39,205 nt of DNA from a bacterium (GTDB taxonomy: Bacteria > Margulisbacteria > WOR-1 > O2-12-FULL-45-9 > XYB2-FULL-48-7). Numbering within the stretch: the stretch's first letter is position 1; each line of letters begins with the position of its first letter. The notes beneath the pieces are model-generated. The model was not told the origin of the DNA and searched no databases. It saw only the letters and a program-made list of their open reading frames with translations. The position numbers and the translations under genes are program-made. Positions 1 to 6,524 of this stretch are shown piece by piece. The stretch spans positions 1 through 39,205 of the forward strand of contig JBDRLW010000017.1 in the NCBI GenBank assembly GCA_043812655.1, in the 5' to 3' direction.

Positions 1-133
1 CGCGTAAGCGTGCGTACAAGAGTAGACTATATAGGGATGATGCGGAACTGTCCGGCAAAGACGCACTAAGGCACCCCTTTAAAAAGCCTTTCTAGTCCTG
101 GCTTTAGCTTGTGGTAAATCTCTCCCCAGAGGC

Positions 134-320
134 CAACCGTAAGTTTTAATGAAATATCGTCGCTGTTTTTGTTGTTGCGTCGGCATTTTCCTGCGTTTTC
201 CTCCCTGCCCGCCGACATGGCGGGGCTCTAAAAATATTTTATCGAATGGGGCGTACCAAAAAGGCGAAATCCGGACGGTGGCGGCGGCATTTTTTGCGGC
301 GGCGTCCAATTCTTTTTTCT
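134..320. repeat. Left long inverted repeat (187 bp), reverse complement of 2022-2261
   Basis: Base-by-base comparison: no substitutions, one extra base in the G run at 222-225, and absence of the 54 bp at 2047-2100. Confidence 0.97.
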
Positions 321-389
321 GGGAAATATGTACGGCCTGCACGCTCCTCCTTTTCGTCGGAACACTGCAGGCCTCATTGGGATATTGTA

Positions 390-418
390 TTGACAACGAC
401 TGTAAACACAGGTAAACT
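390..418 (+). promoter_or_regulatory. Sigma70-type promoter for the HTH-recombinase operon, probably giving a leaderless mRNA
   Basis: TTGACA (390-395), 17 bp spacer, TAAACT (413-418). ATG follows at 426 with no SD sequence. Inverted pair TGTAAACA (401-408) / TGTTTACA (443-450). Confidence 0.65.
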
Positions 419-425
419 ATATTTT

Positions 426-611
426 ATGGAGAAAGAACAAGTTGTTTACAATATGACTGAGTTGGCGGAGAAGTTAATGGTTACGCGGCAGGCTATTTAT
501 AAGTGGATAAAAAAGGGTTGGGTAAAACCTAAAAGAGATTATAAAAATTATCCTGTCTTTACGGAAGAAGACGTCAAGAAAATTATTAAATGGAAATCAA
601 CCATAAAATGA
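426..611 (+). CDS. Small MerR-like / excisionase-type helix-turn-helix DNA-binding protein (61 aa)
   Basis: MEKEQVVYNMTELAEKLMVTRQAIYKWIKKGWVKPKRD...PVFTEEDV fits the MerR/Xis winged-HTH pattern. Its stop overlaps the recombinase ATG (ATGA). Start moved from 246 to 426. Confidence 0.85.
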   Translation: MEKEQVVYNMTELAEKLMVTRQAIYKWIKKGWVKPKRDYKNYPVFTEEDVKKIIKWKSTIK

Positions 612-2269
612 AAACAGCTATTTATACTAGGGTTAGCACGGAAGATCAGGTTAGAGAAGGCTATTCTCTTGAAGTTCAAAGAGAATATCTCACTAATTAT
701 TCTAATCAACAAGGTTATGAGCTTTATGAAGTCTATACTGACGAAGGTATTAGTGCCGGGACCACCGATCGCCCCGCGTTACAAAAACTTCTCAAAGATG
801 CCAAGCAGAAAAAGTTTGATCTAGTCATGGTATATAAAATTGACCGCTTAAGTCGTCGGCTTAAAGATCTTATTGAGATTGTTGACCAACTGGAATCTTG
901 CGGAGTGGGGTTTAAATCTGCCACCGAGCCATTTGATACGACCAATTCCGCCGGTAAATTAATGTTCCAACAGCTTGGCAGTTTTGCGGAATTTGAAAGA
1001 AATCGTTTAGCCGAGAGGGTTTTTCCTGGCATGGTTAAAAGTGTCCAAAACGGTAACTGGCACGGCTCTAAAAATTGTCCTACTGGCTATACCTATAATA
1101 AAGAGAAGAAGCTGTTAGAGGTCAATAAGCGTGAAGCCAACATCGTTCGCTTAATTTATAAATTATATCTTGAAGGTAAAAGCACAACCGATATAGCTGA
1201 ATATCTAAATAAAAGTAAACATGAAACTAGGGTTGGTAGGTATTTTTACGCCAAATATATTAGAGATATATTAAGGAATCGCCTTTATATTGGTGAGATC
1301 GTTTGGAATAAGTACCATTACGACAAAAAGCAGAAGGTGGGCAAAGGGCATAAATATGTTAAAAACGATCCCTCACAATGGATTATTGCCAAGGGAAAGC
1401 ATCAGCCAATTATTTTATTAGAGGACTTTGAAAAGGTTCAGAAATTATTAGATGAAAATAATCTTGTTCCTGTCCGTAGGTCGCAAAAGGGTAAATTTGC
1501 TTTTAGCCGCTTGCTCTATTGTGAAAAGTGCAATCATCGGTTTTTTGGCGCTTCAAATATTGCCAATCATCGTACAGGTGAACGTAAAACCTGGTATCGT
1601 TGCGGTGGCCAGCAATTACGTCATGTTAGATGTGGGGCTGGAGCGATCAGAGAAGAAGTTTTAGAAAATGTGATTTTATCGGCTATCCAAAATATGCTTG
1701 ATTCCGACAAGTTTAAAGGCAACCAATCGACGAGTATGACTGACTTCCAAAATGATCAAAATCCTACCATTTCGAATGCTGACCTTGCCAGCATTCGAAA
1801 TGAGCTAAAATCGAACCAGGAAAAGCAACTAAAGTTAACCGATTTATATCTCAATAATTTATTATCAGAAAACACCTTCAAACAGAAAAATGAGGTTTTA
1901 CGACAAGAGGAAGAGTCCTTGCGGTCTAAATTTGCCGGGCTCGAATTATTATTGATAGAAAAGGAAAATTCTAAGGATTATTTAGACCGAGTCAATAACT
2001 TTTTAACTAATTATGATCCGGAGAAAAAAGAATTGGACGCCGCCGCCAAAAGAGAAATTCTGGCACTGATTTTTAAAAAGATTCTCATTAAAAATCAGGC
2101 AAAAAATGCCGCCGCCACCGTCCGGATTTCGCCTTTTTGGTACGCCCCATTCGATAAAATATTTTTAGAGCCCGCCATGTCGGCGGGCAGGGAGGAAAAC
2201 GCAGGAAAATGCCGACGCAACAACAAAAACAGCGACGATATTTCATTAAAACTTACGGTTGCCAGATGA
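608..2269 (+). CDS. Large serine recombinase (resolvase catalytic domain, recombinase domain, zinc ribbon, coiled coil)
   Basis: YTRVST catalytic Ser, DEGISAG, DRPALQKLL, YKIDRLSR, FAEFER, HQPII, CEKC...C...C. AT-rich relative to host genes. Start probably 608 rather than 590. Confidence 0.96.
   Translation: MKTAIYTRVSTEDQVREGYSLEVQREYLTNYSNQQGYELYEVYTDEGISAGTTDRPALQKLLKDAKQKKFDLVMVYKIDRLSRRLKDLIEIVDQLESCGVGFKSATEPFDTTNSAGKLMFQQLGSFAEFERNRLAERVFPGMVKSVQNGNWHGSKNCPTGYTYNKEKKLLEVNKREANIVRLIYKLYLEGKSTTDIAEYLNKSKHETRVGRYFYAKYIRDILRNRLYIGEIVWNKYHYDKKQKVGKGHKYVKNDPSQWIIAKGKHQPIILLEDFEKVQKLLDENNLVPVRRSQKGKFAFSRLLYCEKCNHRFFGASNIANHRTGERKTWYRCGGQQLRHVRCGAGAIREEVLENVILSAIQNMLDSDKFKGNQSTSMTDFQNDQNPTISNADLASIRNELKSNQEKQLKLTDLYLNNLLSENTFKQKNEVLRQEEESLRSKFAGLELLLIEKENSKDYLDRVNNFLTNYDPEKKELDAAAKREILALIFKKILIKNQAKNAAATVRISPFWYAPFDKIFLEPAMSAGREENAGKCRRNNKNSDDISLKLTVAR
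2022..2261. repeat. Right long inverted repeat (240 bp), covering the recombinase 3' end and the miaB RBS and first 17 codons
   Basis: Matches the reverse complement of 134-320 apart from two indels. Confidence 0.97.
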
Positions 2270-3297
2270 ACGTTGCCGATTCGGCGAAGCTGGCGGCCGT
2301 ACTAGATGCCAATGGTTTCCTCCCGACTCCGAACTCCAAACTCGCCGACTTAATTCTGGTTAATACCTGCGTTGTCCGCCAAAATGCCGAAGACCGGGCC
2401 GCCTGGTACATTACTTCGATGAAGAACCTCAAACTGCAAAATCCCAACCTCAAAATAGGGGTTTGCGGTTGTTTAGCGAGCGAACCTGGCCGCGACCTTA
2501 AAGAACAATTCCCTCACGTTGACTTTTTTATTCCCCCAAACTCGCCGGAGAAACTGGCAGGGATTCTTAAGGGGGTAGGGGGTAGCAAGATAGGTGGTAG
2601 AGGGGAAGAGAAAAAACAAACAAGCGCTTTTGTCACCATTATGACTGGGTGCGATAACTTTTGTTCATATTGCATTGTTCCTTATGTCAGAGGGCGTGAA
2701 ACTAGCCGGCCGATGGATGAGGTATTGGCTGAGATCAAGGGGCTAAGGGATCAAGGGGTTAAGGAAATTACTCTCCTCGGCCAAAACGTCAACTCTTACA
2801 AATACGGTTTAGCAGCTTTGTTGCGGGAGATCAATAAAACGATTCACGATTCACGATTCACGATTCACTTTTTAACCAGCCACCCCCGTGATATGTCCGA
2901 CGACATTATTACCGCCGTCGCCGAGCTCCCTTATGTCGCCAAAGAATTCCACTTGCCGATCCAAGCTGGCGATGATGAGATCTTAAAAAAGATGAACCGC
3001 GGCTACACGGTTGAGTATTTTACCCGGCTAGTTAAAAAGATCCGCCAGGCAATGCCCGAAGCGAATATTTCTTCTGATATTATGGTTGGCTTTCCCGGAG
3101 AGACCGAAGCGCAATTTGAGAATTCGTTGCAGTTGCTCCGGGAAATAAAGTTTAGCATGGTCAACATGTTCGCTTATTCCGCCCGCCCCGCCACCGCCGC
3201 CGCTAAATTGCCGGACCAACTGCCAGAAGCGGTCAAGCAAGCGCGCCTGCAGAAATTGATCAGCGTTAATAGGGAAAGCATAGGAGAGAAGCTCTAA
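2209..3297 (+). CDS. miaB: MiaB-family tRNA methylthiotransferase (radical SAM), lacking the C-terminal TRAM domain
   Basis: YFIKTYGCQMN, NTCVVR, GC, CDNFCSYCIVPYVRGRE, LLGQNVNSY, TSHP, DIMVGFPGETE. Only 362 aa. Confidence 0.9.
   Translation: MPTQQQKQRRYFIKTYGCQMNVADSAKLAAVLDANGFLPTPNSKLADLILVNTCVVRQNAEDRAAWYITSMKNLKLQNPNLKIGVCGCLASEPGRDLKEQFPHVDFFIPPNSPEKLAGILKGVGGSKIGGRGEEKKQTSAFVTIMTGCDNFCSYCIVPYVRGRETSRPMDEVLAEIKGLRDQGVKEITLLGQNVNSYKYGLAALLREINKTIHDSRFTIHFLTSHPRDMSDDIITAVAELPYVAKEFHLPIQAGDDEILKKMNRGYTVEYFTRLVKKIRQAMPEANISSDIMVGFPGETEAQFENSLQLLREIKFSMVNMFAYSARPATAAAKLPDQLPEAVKQARLQKLISVNRESIGEKL
2570..2605 (+). repeat. Degenerate G-rich 7-8 nt tandem tract in the miaB interdomain linker
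   Basis: GGGGGTA GGGGGTA GCAAGATA GGTGGTA GAGGGG, encoding GVGGSKIGGRG. Confidence 0.6.
2839..2868 (+). repeat. Perfect heptamer tandem repeat (ACGATTC)x4 within miaB
   Basis: ACGATTCACGATTCACGATTCACGATTCAC, encoding TIHDSRFTIH. Confidence 0.95.
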
Positions 3298-3515
3298 TTA
3301 TCACTAATTTTGCTTTGTCACTAATTACCCCAATAAACATTTTCTCCAATGCGCGAATGTATCCCTAATGACACTAATTAAAGAAATTATGTAGGGGAGG
3401 AACTTGTCCCTTGCCCTACATTTTCGGATTTGGGATCATTAGGGTAAATTAGGGTGATTAGGGTTCTGCCTCCATTCGAGCAATAAGTGAAATCGTAAAT
3501 TAGTGAGCATAAGAG
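3292..3515. repeat. Inverted arrays of degenerate 9-10 nt units (CACTAATT / ATTAGKG) forming a long imperfect palindrome
   Basis: The left arm has TCACTAATT, CCCTAATG and CACTAATTA units. The right arm has ATTAGGG x3 and AATTAGTGAG. The arms align colinearly in reverse complement. Confidence 0.75.
3389..3421. repeat. REP-like GTAG palindrome
   Basis: ATGTAGGG...CCCTACAT, 8-bp terminal inverted repeat containing GTAG/CTAC. Confidence 0.55.
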
Positions 3516-3570
3516 AAAATCCGGAAAAAACAAAACAAAAGAGAAAGCGGAAAGAATACTCCAAAACAAT

Positions 3571-3599
3571 TTGTCAGCGGTTAAGCAGTCTGATATAAT
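3571..3599 (+). promoter_or_regulatory. Sigma70 promoter of prs-hom
   Basis: TTGTCA, 17 bp spacer, TATAAT with extended TG, followed by a GGGGAGG SD sequence. Confidence 0.75.
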
Positions 3600-3625
3600 C
3601 GCCCCAAGGGGAGGGCACTACACAC

Positions 3626-4570
3626 ATGGCAAACTCTGAACTGCGGGTTTTTTACGGTACTTCACATCCTGTATTGGGAGAGGAGATCATCAAGCATCTT
3701 GGTTTAACGACCGGGAAGATCAAAATTTCTAATTTTACCGGCGGAGAAATTTATACCCGGATACTGGAGAACATCCGCGGCCAAAGTTGCGTGGTGATCC
3801 AGACCTGCACCCAAAATGTCAATAAAGACCTGATGGAGCTTTTCATCATTATTGACGCGATGAAACGCGCCTCGGCTAAATCGGTTAATGTTGTCATCCC
3901 GCATTTCGGCTATGCCCGGCAGGACCGCAAGGCCGCTTCGCGTGAGCCGATCTCGGCCAGGTTAGTTGCCAACCTGCTTGAAACCGCCGGTGCTGACCGC
4001 GTTGTCACAATGGACCTGCACTCCGACCAGATCCAAGGTTTCTTTAATATCCCGGTCGATACGTTAACTTCGCTGCCGATCCTGGCTTCCTACATTAAAG
4101 AGAAGGACCTTAAAGATATCGTGGTAGTGGCGCCCGATACCGGCCGGGCTAAAGTTGCCAAAAAGCTGGCGGACAAAGTTGGGGCGAAACTGGCGATCTT
4201 GCATAAGGTCCGGGCTGAACACCAAAAGTCAGAAGTAACTCACGTGGTCGGTGAAGTCAAAGGGAAAACCGTAGTCATTACTGATGATATGATCGATACG
4301 GCCGGGACGATCACCAGCGGCGTAGAAGTCCTGCGGGCCAATGGATGCAATAAAGATATATATGTAGTGGCCACGCACGGGATCTTCTCCGGCCCCGCGG
4401 TTGAGCGGATGGCCAAGGCGAATTTTGCCGAAGTCGTCGTCACTGACTCTGTCCCCATTCCGAAAGAAAAACAATTCAAGGGGCTCAAAATATTATCGTC
4501 CGCCGAATTACTCGGTGAGGCGATCAAGAGAAATTATGAAAACCAATCAATTACGAGTTTGTTTGATTAG
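3626..4570 (+). CDS. prs: Ribose-phosphate pyrophosphokinase
   Basis: GYARQDRK, MDLHSDQIQGFF, VAPDTG, DDMIDTAGT, ATHGIFS. Confidence 0.97.
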   Translation: MANSELRVFYGTSHPVLGEEIIKHLGLTTGKIKISNFTGGEIYTRILENIRGQSCVVIQTCTQNVNKDLMELFIIIDAMKRASAKSVNVVIPHFGYARQDRKAASREPISARLVANLLETAGADRVVTMDLHSDQIQGFFNIPVDTLTSLPILASYIKEKDLKDIVVVAPDTGRAKVAKKLADKVGAKLAILHKVRAEHQKSEVTHVVGEVKGKTVVITDDMIDTAGTITSGVEVLRANGCNKDIYVVATHGIFSGPAVERMAKANFAEVVVTDSVPIPKEKQFKGLKILSSAELLGEAIKRNYENQSITSLFD

Positions 4571-4600
4571 GGAGTAGCCAGATAGGCCGTAGGGAGATAG
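4568..4600 (+). repeat. TAG-phased 7-8 nt tract filling the prs-hom gap
   Basis: TAGGGAG TAGCCAGA TAGGCCG TAGGGAGA TAG. Confidence 0.55.
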
Positions 4601-5848
4601 ATGAAACAAGTAAATATCGGAATTCTAGGCTTTGGTAATATTGGTTCAGCGGTTGCTGAAGTAATCAAGAAGAATAATAAAATTATTGCTGAGCGATCCG
4701 GACTGCAATTAAATGTCAAAAGCATCTTTGACGTTCGTCCCATCTCTTCTCCCTACCACCTAACCCCTACCGCCTACGACCTAATCAATGATCCCGAAAT
4801 TTCCGTCGTGGTCGAAACTATCGGCGGGGTAAAACCGGCCAAGGACTTGGTTTTGTCGGCGCTTAAGGTGGGCAAGCATGTCGTCACTTCCAATAAAGAA
4901 TTGGTCGCTCTCCACATGGAGGAACTGCTTAAGACGGCGAAGGAAAAAGGCGTGTCACTATTATTTGAAGGGGCGGTGGGGGGCGGGATCCCGATCCTCA
5001 ATACCATTAGGGACCAATTGGCCGCGAACCAGATCAATGAAGTTTATGGGATCGTCAATGGGACGACCAATTACATCCTGTCTAAAATGACGAAAGAGGG
5101 GATGGAATTCTCCGAAGCCCTGAAAAGGGCGCAGGAGAAAGGCTTTGCCGAAGCAGACCCCAAAGCAGACGTCGAAGGTTTTGATGCTTCCTACAAAGCG
5201 GCGATCTTAGCGTCGGTCGCTTTTGGCGCCAAGGTGGAGTGGAAAAATGTCTACCGCGAAGGGATCGAAAAAGTTACGGCCGAAGACATCAATTACGCCC
5301 TTGATATCGGTTATGTCATTAAACTCCTGGCGATCGCCAAACGAAATGGGGATTCGCTCGAAGTCCGCGTCCATCCAGCCCTGGTTGCCAATTCTCACCC
5401 CTTAGCTAATGTTTCCGATAACTACAATGCTATATATGTAAAGGGCGAGCCGGTCGGGGACCTGATGTTCTATGGCCAGGGAGCGGGCGGAGCGCCGACC
5501 GCTTCGGCTGTAATTGGCGATATCATCTGTGTCTCCAACTACAAACTACCAACTACAAACTACCAACTAAATGAGCATAAAATTAGAAAAATCGATGAAA
5601 TAACTGCTCGCTATTACATTAGATTGCACACAGCCGACCATCCCGGCGTTCTGGCGGAGATCTCCAAGCTCTTTGCCGGTAAAAAGGTCAGCATTGCCGC
5701 CGTTAACCAAAAAGAGCGGGTTGATGATACGGCAACCATTGTGATTTTAGCCCACGAAGTAACGGAAAAAAACTTGAACGCCGCGATCGCCGCGATCAAA
5801 AAACTTCCCGTTGTCCGCCAGGTCGGGAACGTCATCAGGATCTTGTAA
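4601..5848 (+). CDS. hom: Homoserine dehydrogenase with C-terminal ACT domain
   Basis: GILGFGNIG, VVTSNK, FEGAVGGGIP, GIVNGTTNYIL, GFAEADP, GAGGAPTASAV, YYIRL..DHPGVLA. Confidence 0.97.
   Translation: MKQVNIGILGFGNIGSAVAEVIKKNNKIIAERSGLQLNVKSIFDVRPISSPYHLTPTAYDLINDPEISVVVETIGGVKPAKDLVLSALKVGKHVVTSNKELVALHMEELLKTAKEKGVSLLFEGAVGGGIPILNTIRDQLAANQINEVYGIVNGTTNYILSKMTKEGMEFSEALKRAQEKGFAEADPKADVEGFDASYKAAILASVAFGAKVEWKNVYREGIEKVTAEDINYALDIGYVIKLLAIAKRNGDSLEVRVHPALVANSHPLANVSDNYNAIYVKGEPVGDLMFYGQGAGGAPTASAVIGDIICVSNYKLPTTNYQLNEHKIRKIDEITARYYIRLHTADHPGVLAEISKLFAGKKVSIAAVNQKERVDDTATIVILAHEVTEKNLNAAIAAIKKLPVVRQVGNVIRIL
4752..4783 (+). repeat. Heptamer tandem tract (CCTACNN-like) within hom
   Basis: CCTACCA CCTAACC CCTACCG CCTACGA CCTA. 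Confidence 0.75.
5536..5571 (+). repeat. Heptamer tandem tract (AACTACM)x5 in the hom catalytic-ACT linker
   Basis: AACTACA AACTACC AACTACA AACTACC AACTAAA, encoding NYKLPTTNYQLN. Confidence 0.9.
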
Positions 5849-5897
5849 ACCACCACAACCAAAGTTTTTGGTGTGGTGGTAAAATAACCCCTTGACA
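5843..5897 (+). repeat. Direct repeat copy 1: stop codon, hairpin (possible terminator), -35 box
   Basis: TTGTAAACCACCACAACCAAAGTTTTTGGTGTGGTGGTAAAATAACCCCTTGACA, nearly identical to 7442-7496. Confidence 0.9.
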
Positions 5898-5921
5898 GTT
5901 ATACCGTTACAGCGGTAAAAT
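5892..5921 (+). promoter_or_regulatory. hipBST promoter with a palindromic operator in the spacer
   Basis: TTGACA, 18 bp spacer, TAAAAT. TACCG-N6-CGGTA at 5902-5917. Confidence 0.65.
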
Positions 5922-5943
5922 GTGTCCTATCAGGAGAAAAAGC

Positions 5944-6216
5944 ATGAAAAATCCAGGACAAATGCAGAAAATTACTGCTAAGGCGGTAAATAACTCCAAT
6001 GAAATTGGGGAAATCATCAGATTACATAGAGGAAAAGCCAATTTGACCCAATTGGAATTAGCTGAACTGTCGGGAGTAGGGAAGACCGTAATTTTTGATA
6101 TTGAGAAAGGGAAATCAACCATCAAGTTCGAAACCTTATTAAAGGTCTTCAAGTCGTTAAATATTTCTTTGTTTTTAGATAGTCCGATCCTTGGCGCTTT
6201 GGTGGGATCAGAATGA
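5944..6216 (+). CDS. hipB: HipB-like XRE helix-turn-helix regulator
   Basis: IGEIIRLHRGKANLTQLELAELSGVGKTVIFDIEKGKSTIKFETLLKV. AGGAG SD sequence before ATG 5944. Confidence 0.85.
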   Translation: MKNPGQMQKITAKAVNNSNEIGEIIRLHRGKANLTQLELAELSGVGKTVIFDIEKGKSTIKFETLLKVFKSLNISLFLDSPILGALVGSE

Positions 6217-6524
6217 GAAAAGCCAAAGTATATTTTTTAGGAGGATTAGCCGGTGTTATCGAAGAAATTGAAAAAAATAAGCGCTATAAATTTGTCTATG
6301 AAAGTGGTTATGCTGGAGATCCAATATCTTTAACCATGCCGGTAAAAACCAGAGAATACCAGTTTGAATCCTTTCCTCCTTTTTTTGACGGTCTATTGCC
6401 TGAAGGAATAATGCTGGAGGGTTTGGTCCGGCGGTTAAAGATCGACAGTAATGATCTTTTTGGCCAACTTATGGCAGTGGGGCACGACATGGTAGGGGCC
6501 GTGACGGTTGAGGAAATAAAATGA
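6213..6524 (+). CDS. hipS: HipA N-terminal-domain protein (HipS-type antitoxin)
   Basis: YKFVY, PISLTMP, PPFFDGLLPEG, DMVGAVTV. Start and stop overlap the neighbouring genes. Confidence 0.88.
   Translation: MRKAKVYFLGGLAGVIEEIEKNKRYKFVYESGYAGDPISLTMPVKTREYQFESFPPFFDGLLPEGIMLEGLVRRLKIDSNDLFGQLMAVGHDMVGAVTVEEIK

Larger units (their letters stand above)
134..2261. mobile_element. Putative invertible or integrative serine-recombinase element whose right junction lies in the 5' end of miaB
   Basis: HTH and recombinase genes enclosed by long inverted repeats. Repeat identity ends inside the miaB TYGC codons (ACTTACGGTTG|CCAG). Confidence 0.6.

Noticed and set aside
1..65. Possible RNA gene or native miaB 5' remnant at the window start
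   Set aside because: No tRNA-like fold and no miaB N-terminal motif seen. Too little context.
79..396. Minus-strand 105-aa ORF joining recombinase C-terminal and miaB N-terminal peptides
   Set aside because: It is the translation of the left repeat, with the 1-bp indel joining two frames. No independent sign of expression. It would become in frame with miaB only after inversion.
246..425. Longer N-terminus of the HTH ORF, and the ORF at 149-415
   Set aside because: They run through repeat and promoter sequence. HTH similarity and promoter position support ATG 426.
134..2261. Diversity-generating retroelement template/variable repeat pair
   Set aside because: No adenine-specific mismatches (no substitutions at all) and no reverse transcriptase in the window.
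126..2266. IS-type transposon with target-site duplication (CCAGA at 126-130 and 2262-2266)
   Set aside because: The left CCAGA is 3 bp away from the repeat end, there is no DDE transposase, and a 5-mer match is expected by chance.
3387..3569. 60-aa minus-strand ORF between miaB and prs
   Set aside because: It translates the repeat array and an A-rich tract and shows no recognisable domain.
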